Program-made: the position numbers and the translations under genes
Source: an uncultured virus (IMG/VR IMGVR_UViG_3300026382_000008)
Taxonomy: Duplodnaviria; Heunggongvirae; Uroviricota; Caudoviricetes
Strand: one strand, 5' to 3'
DNA length: 64,000 bases
IMG/VR virus record: IMGVR_UViG_3300026382_000008
The notes under the pieces: model-generated
The model's input: the letters and a program-made list of their open reading frames with translations, nothing else
What the model was told of the DNA's origin: nothing
The model's database searches: none
Shown: positions 38,118 to 48,835 of the stretch, piece by piece
Position numbering within the stretch: position 1 is the first letter of the stretch
Layout of the letters: each line of letters begins with the position of its first letter

Positions 38118-40324
38118 TATAGATCCTCCAAATTGATTGATCGAATCGAAACAACACCATCTTTAAACTCTATTGCATCAGGATTCTCTATGATCCAATC
38201 TGATTCTGTTCCCGTATCAAAATTCCAAGTAGAATCTGTTACAATTCCAGTTGATACATATTTCTTAAGTGATACTAATGCGCCAGATGAATTAGTCGGA
38301 GTTGGCAAATCTATTTCTTTTGAATCACCATTAGCTAAAAAGAATTCATAAGATAAAAGATAAGTAGGAGCAAAAATTTCTATAAGAAACGTTCCATCTT
38401 TACCTGTTGTGTTCGTTAAAGCTGTAGCTGAAGGCGAAGGAAATTGTACTTTTAGATCGACAGGAATATACTGTGGCCATTGAGTAGCTTTAAGTGTAAT
38501 GTGATCAAAATATGGTATGAAATCATATTCACCTGGACTCAAAGATGCTACTAACTGTATACTGGTTACATCGTTTGTGATTATGTAATTGTTTATAGCT
38601 TTAACAAGAGATTCTAAATCTGATGCTTTTGTTGTATCTGTAGCTTTTACTAATTCACCAGTTGAAGAATCTACAGTATAATACGAATCATCCATAAAAG
38701 CTAAAAATTTCAAATTTGTATCATACTCTACTATATCAAATCTCTTGTAAAGAGATGGATTAAGATTCTGACTTGTAATTTTAGATTCAGAAGAAAGATT
38801 TGTATTAAGAATTTCGTATACAACACCTTCTGTTGGAGGTGTTACTGTTTCCTCTTTTAATAGAATTCTGACTTCATCAGGTGTTATAACACGATTAAAA
38901 ATACGTGTTTGATCGATTTCTCCTTTTAGTAATGGATCAGAAGAATAAGTGGATTTTCCAAAATAAACTGAACCTTGTATAGATCTTGAACCAGAGCTTC
39001 TAGAAGATGGTTCCATTTCTTCTCCATTAATATAAACTTTCCAGTGACCATATCCATCATAAGTAACTACAACATGAATCCAGTCATTTATATAAGGAAG
39101 TTTATACGTGTTACGAATTGTATGACCATGTTGGTCATCATGTAGTACCCATAACGTTTGTCCCGAATCTAAAGAAGCTAACATGAAAATGTTAGCAACA
39201 TCTATATACCTTGATACATTTGGAGTTGAAGATGTTGGTTTTATCCACATTGAAATAGAGAAAGGTCCTTGGACTAGTTTAATTAATTCAGATCCATTTT
39301 GTATAGTTATATAATTACTTCCATTGAAAACAGCAGATTTATCAAATTTACCGCTACCATATAAAGCATTTCCAGACCATATACCATTAAAGTTTCCAGA
39401 TAAATCATCTGCACTATTATCGAACGTCCAAGTTGCAACAGTATGACCATCATTAAAGATATCAAATGCAGATGTACTAGAACCAACTAGATGTGCAGTT
39501 GGAGTTGATGTCTGATTTTTGATGATGTAAATTTTACTAGAATTAGCTTTTAAAGAATCTTTGATAACAACCGTTTTTAACTTTGTTTCTTTATCAGTTA
39601 TAAAATCATAATCCGGTTTAGTTCCATCAAACCTTTCTACTGTTATATTAACAAGTGGTAAATTCTTTATGTGAACAACAGCTTCTGTCAAATCTGTTGA
39701 TGTTGTATTATTAACTTCAACCTTTATTGAATCAAAATTAGGATAAAGTTTATCAAAACTTACTGTATTAGTAGATACAACTGAATCTTGATTTATATTA
39801 ACTGTTACAACCGGACCATCTTCTTTGCGTTTAACAATAACTTTTCTCAGATAAGCAGATTCTTTAGCATGTTGAACTACAACAGTTTCATTATTAGCAA
39901 TAGACTTTTCAGTTTTGAACAACAATCTTCCGGGTGCATCTGTAAGAGATTTAGGAAGTACAATCTCAGCCCATCTAATTTGTCCTGTTACTGGATCAAC
40001 TTGTAAGTATTTACCATTCTGATCATGAGTGTCTGGAAATGTAGCTATATTAAGTTTGAACCATTCGCCTTTGTAATGCACAAAATATTCTTCTTGTTTA
40101 TCAGTATGTTTAATCCAAAAACATTGCTCATTATGATCCACTTCTGGTTGTGTTTCTGAATAAACAATTTTAACGTGAGCTGACACATCCTGCCACTGTG
40201 AACCGTCCCAGACAAAAAGAGTTTTAGTATTAGGATCATACCAAATTGTACTTATGTTTGGATCTGGCTTAGTAGTACTTACGGTTAAAGATGAACCTTG
40301 TTGAATTTGTCCTTTTATAATCAT
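38117..40324 (-). CDS. Tail-associated protein with LamG-like domain
   Basis: WYDPN..LFVWDGSQW; DLSGNFNG, FSISMWIK, WIHVVVTYDG, GEIDQTRIFNRVITPDEV. Confidence 0.78.
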   Translation of the reverse strand: MIIKGQIQQGSSLTVSTTKPDPNISTIWYDPNTKTLFVWDGSQWQDVSAHVKIVYSETQPEVDHNEQCFWIKHTDKQEEYFVHYKGEWFKLNIATFPDTHDQNGKYLQVDPVTGQIRWAEIVLPKSLTDAPGRLLFKTEKSIANNETVVVQHAKESAYLRKVIVKRKEDGPVVTVNINQDSVVSTNTVSFDKLYPNFDSIKVEVNNTTSTDLTEAVVHIKNLPLVNITVERFDGTKPDYDFITDKETKLKTVVIKDSLKANSSKIYIIKNQTSTPTAHLVGSSTSAFDIFNDGHTVATWTFDNSADDLSGNFNGIWSGNALYGSGKFDKSAVFNGSNYITIQNGSELIKLVQGPFSISMWIKPTSSTPNVSRYIDVANIFMLASLDSGQTLWVLHDDQHGHTIRNTYKLPYINDWIHVVVTYDGYGHWKVYINGEEMEPSSRSSGSRSIQGSVYFGKSTYSSDPLLKGEIDQTRIFNRVITPDEVRILLKEETVTPPTEGVVYEILNTNLSSESKITSQNLNPSLYKRFDIVEYDTNLKFLAFMDDSYYTVDSSTGELVKATDTTKASDLESLVKAINNYIITNDVTSIQLVASLSPGEYDFIPYFDHITLKATQWPQYIPVDLKVQFPSPSATALTNTTGKDGTFLIEIFAPTYLLSYEFFLANGDSKEIDLPTPTNSSGALVSLKKYVSTGIVTDSTWNFDTGTESDWIIENPDAIEFKDGVVSIRSINLEDL

Positions 40325-40350
40325 TGTAGTATATGCCTCCTTGGAAGCTT

Positions 40351-41955
40351 CTAGTTAGTTGCTATAACAATTGAATATGTAAACTTTGTTTCCGTTGAAT
40401 CATTTATGATTCTAACATATAGAATTTTGGATGTAGCAGAAATTGTGGTTAATGGTGTATAATCATGATAAGTTGTACCATCAAAAGAATATTGTAATTT
40501 CAAATTTGGATTCATAACAATATCAAAAGCAATTTGAGTTGGTTGTAATCCTCTTAAATTTGTGATATCTACACTATAAACTTTTTCTTGTTTTGGTTCA
40601 ATTCTGATTAAGCGATCTTCAACCATTGGTTGATCTGAATTCGGAATGTAGATAATATAGTTACTTAATCCTGTTTCAAAAGCTATAAAAATTGCATAAG
40701 ATTTGCTTATATTATCCAATGATGCTAAGAAATCTCTTGTGATTATCGGCAAATTAGGATTATAGTAGACATATTCGTAATTTGATCCATTAAACAGTAA
40801 TACTGTATTTTTCTGTTTATTTGAGGAATCAACATTTTCTAATGAATCTATGTTATGAGTATGATCTTTAAGAGCAAATTTATTATCTGCAACTTTAATA
40901 ACATACTTGGTTGTATCAACGACTAATGTATCATTGTCAATTTTGTCAGATAAGTAACCAGCTTGTTTATCATCTTCAGTAACTTTAACTTTCTCATCAA
41001 CTTTATCTGTCCAAACAAGAGCATCTTCCGTGTCATTTACACTTAAGACTTTATTAGCATTACCAGCATAAGATGGTACGTCTTCAATATCTGAAAGTTT
41101 AGATCCATTTTTGTTAACTTCTTCCCATTTATGACTATGTTTAAATGGAGCAAATTTTGATTCATTAACTTTGATAATATGATTGTTTGTATCAGCTATA
41201 ATTGTGTTATTGTCAATTTTATCAATAAGATATCCTGGTTGATCATCATTTTCATCAGCTTTAACTTTTTCATCTGTTGATGAAATACTAATCCATTTTA
41301 CACCTGACTCATCTTCTTTAACAGCCAAAACTTTACCAGCATTATGTGTTAAAGCAGGGAAATCTTTTATGTCTGATAGAGTATGCTTATGAATAACAGA
41401 AGCAAAATTTTCTGAAACCCATGATTCTGTGGCTATATTTTCTAAGTTTGGTTTAATACCAACTTTCCATTTATCATCAGTTTCATCAAAAATCAATTTA
41501 GCTGATGGTGAAGATCCTCGATCTATACTAATTCCAGCTTCACCTAAAGAAATACCGTCTCCAGTTTCACCGTCATTAAGAACGATTTCATTATCCTTAA
41601 TTGCTAGATTTTCTGATTCAACTTGAGTAACTTTACCAGAAACAGTTAAATTTCCTTGAATCGTTACATCATTCTTAAAAACTTTATATCCAGAAATTGT
41701 TTCATCACCTGTTGTGTGAACATATGCACTATCATCAAAGTCTTCTATATCTGATAAAGTATGTTTATGAGTAGCAGATGCAAATTTATCAGATCTAAAC
41801 TTAAGGAACGAATTATCAGATGATGGATAGAAAACATCAGAATCAAGTTTATACTGAAGATAGTTAGGTTGTTTATCATTTTTATTTACAATTACTTTAT
41901 GATCAGAAACTCCATGAACTGCACCAACTTCTATGACTAATGGTATTTGTTTCAT
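40351..41955 (-). CDS. Tail fibre protein with internal repeats and HxH motifs
   Basis: HKHTLSDI x2, HSH, HTH; DEKVK..D.Q.GYL.DKIDN repeats; YVHTTGDETISGYKVF. Confidence 0.78.
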   Translation of the reverse strand: MKQIPLVIEVGAVHGVSDHKVIVNKNDKQPNYLQYKLDSDVFYPSSDNSFLKFRSDKFASATHKHTLSDIEDFDDSAYVHTTGDETISGYKVFKNDVTIQGNLTVSGKVTQVESENLAIKDNEIVLNDGETGDGISLGEAGISIDRGSSPSAKLIFDETDDKWKVGIKPNLENIATESWVSENFASVIHKHTLSDIKDFPALTHNAGKVLAVKEDESGVKWISISSTDEKVKADENDDQPGYLIDKIDNNTIIADTNNHIIKVNESKFAPFKHSHKWEEVNKNGSKLSDIEDVPSYAGNANKVLSVNDTEDALVWTDKVDEKVKVTEDDKQAGYLSDKIDNDTLVVDTTKYVIKVADNKFALKDHTHNIDSLENVDSSNKQKNTVLLFNGSNYEYVYYNPNLPIITRDFLASLDNISKSYAIFIAFETGLSNYIIYIPNSDQPMVEDRLIRIEPKQEKVYSVDITNLRGLQPTQIAFDIVMNPNLKLQYSFDGTTYHDYTPLTTISATSKILYVRIINDSTETKFTYSIVIATN

Positions 41956-41972
41956 TTGCTATTGCCTCTCCT

Positions 41973-42557
41973 TTATATTTCTGGCCATTTAGGAAGTTTT
42001 TCTGTTATATCAAAATTTCTAAAAGTAGAAAGATCTATAGAAGATTTTATTTTTTGCTCTATAGTATCATAAATAGTTGTACAAAGTTTGATCCATCCAA
42101 TTCTTATCGCAACTTTAAGAATTTCTATCCATGCCATTGATTCAGGTACAGACATACCATTCCATTGGTATACAGTTGTTGGATATGTAGATATGATTTC
42201 TTGGTATGTTGTTGTACCTGATAAAATCTTAGATGCATCATCATAAACTTTTTGAGCTATCTTATCAGTCGTTAAATCTGATCTTCTTACAAGCAACCAA
42301 GATATCCAAAAATCTTTCTTAGTTAAATCATATTGTTGTTTTTCTAATGGGTAATATGAAAGAATATACTGAGATAAATCTTTTTTAAGTTTCTGAATTA
42401 TTCTTGACTTTTCATAATCATTTTGCTTGATAACTACAGGTTTCCCATCTTTACATACAATCTTATCCGACAGTTTTGCATCAACAGGAATCCACGAATC
42501 ATCTGGTTGAGTAAGACTTATTCTTGGATAACCGTTTATACATTTAACATAAATCAT
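41973..42557 (-). CDS. Putative tail fibre assembly protein
   Basis: YILSYYPLEKQ shared with 47331-47966; adjacent to a fibre gene. Confidence 0.55.
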   Translation of the reverse strand: MIYVKCINGYPRISLTQPDDSWIPVDAKLSDKIVCKDGKPVVIKQNDYEKSRIIQKLKKDLSQYILSYYPLEKQQYDLTKKDFWISWLLVRRSDLTTDKIAQKVYDDASKILSGTTTYQEIISTYPTTVYQWNGMSVPESMAWIEILKVAIRIGWIKLCTTIYDTIEQKIKSSIDLSTFRNFDITEKLPKWPEI

Positions 42558-42605
42558 TACTTATGCCTCCTTGATAACAACATAACTGAAATAAGTTCAA
42601 ATTTT

Positions 42606-42640
42606 GAGGGTAGGCTATTAAGATTTCTTAGCCTACCCTC
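42606..42640. terminator. Intergenic hairpin (terminator or processing site)
   Basis: 12-bp stem GAGGGTAGGCTA/TAGCCTACCCTC; no clear U-tract on the - strand. Confidence 0.5.
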
Positions 42641-42647
42641 TCATTGT

Positions 42648-43235
42648 TTATTGAGTTGATGTTGTTGTAGTTTGTTCCAATGGTTCAACAATAGCAATTC
42701 TTGGATTATCTTTAAGAATTGGAAGAGGTGATGGTGGCTGCATTGTTTTTGCATTAAGTATCTTATCTAACTGTACTTCAAATACTCCTGAATTCTTAAA
42801 TGTGATAACACCACTTCCTTCACCATTTGTAATATCAATAGCAACAGCACCTACTTGATTTTCAGTTCCTGCTTGGAAGTAAGGAACTATATAAGTTCCA
42901 TCAAGAGGTAAAGCCTGTTTAGTACCTTCATCATCTATAGTATAAAGTAAGACATGAACAGTTACAGGATCACCAACTTTAGCAATTTTTGTTTCATTAC
43001 CATTTTTATCAAGAAACTTAACTTCAAGATAAGGTTTGTCATTTTCTGTTGGATTTTGTGTTGATGACAAGTTATTCACAAAATCTTCAGCAAATTTACG
43101 AGCTTCTTCTTCAGTTGCAAATGGTAAACCTGTTGACGGATTGAAAGGTTGGTCTAAAAGAATATGATCTCCTTCAATAACTCTAACAGCAATATTACCC
43201 TCTTTTGTTGTATATGTTTCTATTGAAATCGACAT
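42648..43235 (-). CDS. Hypothetical virion-associated protein
   Basis: QPFNPSTGLPFATEEEA, Ig-like C-terminus, tail gene context. Confidence 0.65.
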   Translation of the reverse strand: MSISIETYTTKEGNIAVRVIEGDHILLDQPFNPSTGLPFATEEEARKFAEDFVNNLSSTQNPTENDKPYLEVKFLDKNGNETKIAKVGDPVTVHVLLYTIDDEGTKQALPLDGTYIVPYFQAGTENQVGAVAIDITNGEGSGVITFKNSGVFEVQLDKILNAKTMQPPSPLPILKDNPRIAIVEPLEQTTTTSTQ

Positions 43236-43237
43236 CT

Positions 43238-44092
43238 TTAGCCTCCAAATGATGTTGATATAAAGTCAGTGATATAAGGTTTCAAAGTAAGTTTTATAAC
43301 AGAAGAATCTTCAAACTTTACAATCATAGTTACTTCATCAAGCGTTATCAAACGACCATAGATTGATTTATCGTTGAATTTAACACCAAATGGCTTATTA
43401 TAAACATCTGTAATTCGTTTCTTAGACTCAAAGAATCTATAGAACTCTCCGACTCTAACGGGTATAACGATTTCTTCAAGTTTGTTTTGACCTGAATCAC
43501 AAATATTCATAGAATAGTAATTTGGCATTAACCCTTTAACAATAACAGTAGCTTTATATGGTGTCTGTTTATCTGCAGTCTTATCAGCTCTGATCACTTG
43601 TGTTACAGCATAGTTAGTTATAAACGACATATAACCACCATATGGTCTTTTGATAACTCTTTCAGATGATGTTTGAAATGATAAAGTGATTTTTTCACGA
43701 TGAGTTACATATAGTTTTTGTGATGAAGATGGAAGATAACTTGATATATCTGATCTTTTTGACAAAGATTTTATGCTTATTTTCGATGTACGGAATGTTA
43801 TAGGACTCACATAAACAAAATTTGAAGCACGTGAAAGAGTTCCTTTTACGTAAGTATTTGAATACCATTCAAGATTGAAGTTTTTTCTTTGAATAACAGT
43901 TGAAGTTATAATAGGGGTGGTAACAAAACCACCCCTCATTATGTTATAACCGAATTGTTTAGTACGTTGATTTTCATGATTTGTAATAGGAGTTTTCTGA
44001 GTTATATAACTATGAACTTTTTCTCCAAGAAGTTCTTTACGAAACTTATAACTATCCCAAACATAACCTGATGCATAAACTGTATAATTCAT
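43238..44092 (-). CDS. Hypothetical structural protein
   Basis: Tail gene context. Confidence 0.65.
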   Translation of the reverse strand: MNYTVYASGYVWDSYKFRKELLGEKVHSYITQKTPITNHENQRTKQFGYNIMRGGFVTTPIITSTVIQRKNFNLEWYSNTYVKGTLSRASNFVYVSPITFRTSKISIKSLSKRSDISSYLPSSSQKLYVTHREKITLSFQTSSERVIKRPYGGYMSFITNYAVTQVIRADKTADKQTPYKATVIVKGLMPNYYSMNICDSGQNKLEEIVIPVRVGEFYRFFESKKRITDVYNKPFGVKFNDKSIYGRLITLDEVTMIVKFEDSSVIKLTLKPYITDFISTSFGG

Positions 44093-44094
44093 GG

Positions 44095-45666
44095 TTATCC
44101 ACCTACTGTAAAGTTAACATCAAATACAGCTTCTACTAAACCAGGTCCTGTTATCTTGATAGGAACTTGAACATCACCAGTCGTGGATGTTGTAACTTCC
44201 TTTTCACGGCTTCCATCATTAAATTCTGCATTATCAGTTAGAAGTTTTAATGTTCCATTAACACTAATTCTTGCACCTTGGAAGTTATAAGCAGAAACAT
44301 AAATGTTTGTGGTAATCGTTGTTCCTGTATAATCATAAGTGTCTTTTTCGAATCTTATTTCAACAGATGCAGGGATTTGTGGTAAGAAGAGATAGAATTC
44401 TCCTTGTTCACTAATCATCCAAAGACGTCCATAGTTATCATAAACACTTGTGATAATACGACCTACAGATAATGGTAGAATAGTCCATGATGAACCATTG
44501 AAAACAACACTATAAGCATCATTAACACCATATACCATTAAACGAGTTCTTTCTTTATCCAGAAAGATAAGAGATACAACATGAGATTTAAATGCTGCTT
44601 CTGTTACGTATGTAAGATTATTTGGATTAGTTGGATCTATCTTAAACGTATATAGTACATATTGCTCATTAGGCATTGAGTAGTCATCACGTGACGTTAA
44701 CAATACGTTTAAGTAATATGTATCATTAGCATATGAAATCCAAGTTCTAACTTGAATACGAGAATCACTACTTCCGTTAAACTTAAAACTGCTTGATCCG
44801 AAAGAAATTGTACAATCTTCAGAAGTAACCTTATTTGCAGTCAAGTCAAGAGTGACTTTCTTAACACCTAATTGATTTGTTCCGGCAATATATGCATAAT
44901 AGAAAACTTTTGTTGTATCTGTACTTGCTGTAGGATGAAACTGGCTTGGGACATGAGTTTGATATCCAGACCCAGGTGATTCTTGTAGAAGAACTGTTGA
45001 TCTCTTATTTGAGATATTATATACATGTACACTAAACTCCCTATAATGACGTGACATATAACCGTAAACATAAGATCCATTCTTCATAAGTAATCCTGAA
45101 TGACCATTTGTATATTCAACAGTTCTATCATGAATACGTGTCAAAGTGTCGTTTTTCCAACTAAATCGTCTAAATAAGTAAGCTCTATCACCATAACTAT
45201 AAGTGAATGCATCAACCCATTCATTTTCATTTATAGCTATTGCACATCCTAAAGATATGTAAGTTCCATTACTTCCAAAAGGAGCATTAATAAATGATGT
45301 ATCATCTTTCGAAACAATTCTGTAACCTGTACCACTCTTGTCAAAGAGTACTAGATCAGAATCATTTCCAGGAATAACTTGTACTATATTGATATCTAAA
45401 TTTGGATTCATAACATTTGTATCACATAAAGTACGACATGGAATCCAATTAGTTGTAGCAAACTGAGATCCATGATATGCAACCAAAGTATGAAAGTTTT
45501 TCCAAGCCTCACTACGATTTAAGGGACTATATTGAGTAAGATTACAAAATTTAGTTGGAGCTAAAGTTCCTTTATCAAAGTAAAGATAACCAAGAATTAA
45601 CTTATCAGAAAGTTCAACGATTCCGACAGGGCGTACAGCCTTTTGAGTAAAAACTGGTTTAGCCAT
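44095..45666 (-). CDS. Putative beta-propeller/Ig structural (receptor-binding) protein
   Basis: Beta-rich, S/T/Y-rich, DNYGRLW, Ig-like C-terminus. Confidence 0.6.
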   Translation of the reverse strand: MAKPVFTQKAVRPVGIVELSDKLILGYLYFDKGTLAPTKFCNLTQYSPLNRSEAWKNFHTLVAYHGSQFATTNWIPCRTLCDTNVMNPNLDINIVQVIPGNDSDLVLFDKSGTGYRIVSKDDTSFINAPFGSNGTYISLGCAIAINENEWVDAFTYSYGDRAYLFRRFSWKNDTLTRIHDRTVEYTNGHSGLLMKNGSYVYGYMSRHYREFSVHVYNISNKRSTVLLQESPGSGYQTHVPSQFHPTASTDTTKVFYYAYIAGTNQLGVKKVTLDLTANKVTSEDCTISFGSSSFKFNGSSDSRIQVRTWISYANDTYYLNVLLTSRDDYSMPNEQYVLYTFKIDPTNPNNLTYVTEAAFKSHVVSLIFLDKERTRLMVYGVNDAYSVVFNGSSWTILPLSVGRIITSVYDNYGRLWMISEQGEFYLFLPQIPASVEIRFEKDTYDYTGTTITTNIYVSAYNFQGARISVNGTLKLLTDNAEFNDGSREKEVTTSTTGDVQVPIKITGPGLVEAVFDVNFTVGG

Positions 45667-45680
45667 CCGTATAATGCCTC

Positions 45681-46001
45681 CTAATCAATTTTAAAGAATC
45701 TTATATCAATTTTACAAGATCCATTAATATCAACAACTGTATTAAAAACATTATCAACAACAATATAACCTGTTGTATGTGGTTGAAGTACATGCGTGTC
45801 AAGTTGTATCTTTTTTGTTGGATCGTTTAAATCATAAAGACTCACATCAATTGTACATAAACTTTCAGATTCTATTTTTATTACAGCTTTACTTATACAA
45901 TGTCCCTGGCAAACATCAGGAAAACGAATTGATCCTTTATCAGAAACAGTGAAAGAACGCGTTAAACTTTGAGGTAAACCATGAAATTTAACAGTTTGCA
46001 T
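45681..46001 (-). CDS. Hypothetical protein
   Basis: SD GAGG. Confidence 0.65.
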   Translation of the reverse strand: MQTVKFHGLPQSLTRSFTVSDKGSIRFPDVCQGHCISKAVIKIESESLCTIDVSLYDLNDPTKKIQLDTHVLQPHTTGYIVVDNVFNTVVDINGSCKIDIRFFKID

Positions 46002-46013
46002 TCTTTATGCCTC

Positions 46014-46988
46014 TTATTCATAAGATATCCACTTACTAGATGTATCTTTCAAAACAAATGTTCCTGATACATGAATATTTTCATCTGAAACATTATTGGT
46101 AGCCAACAAATTTGGAAACTGACTTTGACCAAAAGCTAATGTATAGCTTGTTCCGTAAAAATGACAATTATCAACGAATACGGATGATCCTTTCTCTAAA
46201 GCCAAAAAGACTATACTTGATGATGATCCTTCATAAACAAATCTACAGTTCTTAAATGTAATAGAGGTATGTTCGAGTACAAAGGGAAACAATAAAGGAT
46301 TAAAGAAATCATAACTGTTCTCAATTTCTTTTGGAATGATAAATCCAATGTTTTCGAAAACTATATCACAATTTCTAAACCAAAACTTACCAAGCAAATC
46401 ACCAGTCTTATAAAAGACTATATTCAAATCACCTTCACTTATGTTTTGAAAATGCATTGAGATATTTTCAAATACATGCATTCCAGAATGGACAGCATTA
46501 CCTTCTGTAATAAAACGAATAGTGCTCGATAAAAACTGACCAGCACTATCTATACATTTTTCATAAAGTTTTGTAGCAGTTTGAGATCCATCACTTGTAT
46601 CACCATTCACCAAATCTATTTCAAATGTTTTTGGTTGATATTTTGAAATTGACTGATATATTGTTAATCCGGCTCTATAACCTATCTTGTAAATGAATGT
46701 TTGATTTGTAGAATCTAATGGTTTGTTAGATAAACCGTCAATTAAACCTTTATCAAAATCATCAGGTGTACCAAGAGAATTCAATCTATCAATAGTATCT
46801 TCGGTTACTTTAGAATTTATAGTAGAAACAACTGTATAAATATTCTCTATTTCGGATTTGAGTTTGTTATAAGATTCAGAGTTGCTCTGTAGTAAATCTT
46901 TTAGATCATTAAGTTTCTCGTCAACATATTGTATTATGTGGTCGTAACTAGCATTTAACTTACTTTCATCTTTCACACTTCTTAACAT
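46014..46988 (-). CDS. Structural protein, coiled-coil N-terminus with beta-helix-like C-terminus
   Basis: IDLVNGD; repeated FENI/FRNC/FKNC/VDNC rungs. Confidence 0.6.
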   Translation of the reverse strand: MLRSVKDESKLNASYDHIIQYVDEKLNDLKDLLQSNSESYNKLKSEIENIYTVVSTINSKVTEDTIDRLNSLGTPDDFDKGLIDGLSNKPLDSTNQTFIYKIGYRAGLTIYQSISKYQPKTFEIDLVNGDTSDGSQTATKLYEKCIDSAGQFLSSTIRFITEGNAVHSGMHVFENISMHFQNISEGDLNIVFYKTGDLLGKFWFRNCDIVFENIGFIIPKEIENSYDFFNPLLFPFVLEHTSITFKNCRFVYEGSSSSIVFLALEKGSSVFVDNCHFYGTSYTLAFGQSQFPNLLATNNVSDENIHVSGTFVLKDTSSKWISYE

Positions 46989-47002
46989 GAGAATTTAACC
47001 TC

Positions 47003-47317
47003 TTAGAATTTAGCATAAGAAGCTTGAACAGATATCTTACTTGTTTCATCATATTTCTTAATGTAAATTGCATCTCCTGGTTCTAATAAAAACTTTTCCA
47101 TATTTAAAATGAATGTATCATAAGGCTCTAATGTTTGATTAACAATAAAAAATGTTTCATCGTCTCCAGGAGATGAACCAGCAGGCACTATATAGATGTC
47201 AAAAGTAGCAGTAGTTCCACCTCTATTACATATATAAATAGCTATACATGCTATATTTGAATCTACTGCCTTTACTAAAAGATTAGGTTCTGTTCCTTGT
47301 ACGGAAATAGCTTTCAT
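47003..47317 (-). CDS. Small virion structural protein
   Basis: IYICN...LEPGDAIY pattern seen in small phage beta-sandwich proteins. Confidence 0.6.
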   Translation of the reverse strand: MKAISVQGTEPNLLVKAVDSNIACIAIYICNRGGTTATFDIYIVPAGSSPGDDETFFIVNQTLEPYDTFILNMEKFLLEPGDAIYIKKYDETSKISVQASYAKF

Positions 47318-47330
47318 ATCTTACCTCTCC

Positions 47331-47966
47331 TTAAAATGTTGGAAAGTCTGGAAACTCAAGAGTTTCTGTTTCTAAGTTTTGCAAAGTCTCCATATCATTA
47401 GCTTGTTCAACTTTTTTTACGTAGTCTCTGAAAACATAAACACATTTAACCACCCAAGCTTTTCTAACACCAGCTTTAATAAGTTGTTCCCAATAGAATT
47501 GCTCATCAGCAGGATATGTTGAAACAATTTGATCGAGGGTTGATGTACCATCTAGAATTTGATTTACTTTGAAACCTACTTCTAAGTAAATCTTATCTAA
47601 TGTTAAAGGTTCCCGATCTGTATGAGATGATCTTATCATTAAAATTGCAGTACCATAATAATCTTTCTGTTGGTTATCAGCATTTTGCTTTTCTAATGGA
47701 TAATATTGTAAAATGTAATCTTGTACGATTTTGTTAGCATTTTCTATCAACTCTTTTTTATATGCTTCAACTTCAGCTTCTTCATCAACAACTATTGAAT
47801 CTGTTGTTGGATCATACTTATAACAACCAAAGCGTGATTCTGGTAAAGAATCAATTTTTCTAAAGTCTCCAGTATTGTTAATCTTAAGAAATTCATCTTC
47901 TTCCTCAGGTCGTATGTAATCTATCACAAACGCTTTATTAGTTGTCTTATCTATTCTGACGATCAT
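47331..47966 (-). CDS. Putative tail fibre assembly protein
   Basis: YILQYYPLEKQ; paralog of 41973-42557. Confidence 0.55.
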   Translation of the reverse strand: MIVRIDKTTNKAFVIDYIRPEEEDEFLKINNTGDFRKIDSLPESRFGCYKYDPTTDSIVVDEEAEVEAYKKELIENANKIVQDYILQYYPLEKQNADNQQKDYYGTAILMIRSSHTDREPLTLDKIYLEVGFKVNQILDGTSTLDQIVSTYPADEQFYWEQLIKAGVRKAWVVKCVYVFRDYVKKVEQANDMETLQNLETETLEFPDFPTF

Positions 47967-47978
47967 TTGAAAGTCTCC

Positions 47979-48833
47979 TTAATGTTCTTGATATAAAGCT
48001 TTGACTTCTGTATCAGTTAGAGATCTGTTAAAGAGACGTATTTGGTCAATTCGACCAAAATTCCTATAAGCTCTATTAGCACCCCAACCAAATACATAAA
48101 AATCTTCACCAAAATCAGCATTACCAAATAAAGGTGATCTCAATTCTTGTCTAAGTATCTTTTGTTCTCCGTTAATCCAGATCTTATTCTGATAGAAGTC
48201 TTCACCTTTATGAAATTCTGCAACTATATGAACCCACTTACCATAAAGCTCTTTCTGAGCGTTACTAAAACCATAAATATCTGCATGACCTGTATTGAAT
48301 CCAAATTTATCGCAACATGTATAAATATCGTATCTTGTAAAGCCAAATGGCATAACACAACATCTGTAACCTTCCCACAGTATCCATGCAGAAACTGTTA
48401 CAACAGTACAAGATTTTAACTCAGGTATATGAAAACGCACGTTGTAGTTATTATGATAGGACTTCAAAGACTGATTAAAGCGACCCAAATCAAATACAGG
48501 ACCACGTCCTTGAACTTGTCCATTATATTTCCCACCTAAATCTTTAACATTACCATCAAAATTACAGACTAATAATGTTGATCCATCCTCAAAGAAATCA
48601 AACTTTGATAAAGTTGATGGTGCTATTATTTTTCCAGATGTTCCTCTCCAAATATTTTTGTTAGGTGTATTATCAATACAAATAAAAATTTCTCCAGATT
48701 TTCTGTTATACCAGATAACGTTAACTTTGTCAGGATTAACAGAAATAGTGGGATCTGAATCTGATATGTATTGAATTTTATGAGAAATAACGTCAGTTTT
48801 ATACCATTCTTGTAAACGATCTTTAAGACTCAT
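47979..48833 (-). CDS. LamG/ConA-like domain structural protein
   Basis: IWYNRKSGEIFICIDNT; TVSAWI, WVHIV, GRIDQIRLFNRSLTDTEVKALY. Confidence 0.78.
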   Translation of the reverse strand: MSLKDRLQEWYKTDVISHKIQYISDSDPTISVNPDKVNVIWYNRKSGEIFICIDNTPNKNIWRGTSGKIIAPSTLSKFDFFEDGSTLLVCNFDGNVKDLGGKYNGQVQGRGPVFDLGRFNQSLKSYHNNYNVRFHIPELKSCTVVTVSAWILWEGYRCCVMPFGFTRYDIYTCCDKFGFNTGHADIYGFSNAQKELYGKWVHIVAEFHKGEDFYQNKIWINGEQKILRQELRSPLFGNADFGEDFYVFGWGANRAYRNFGRIDQIRLFNRSLTDTEVKALYQEH

Positions 48834-48835
48834 TA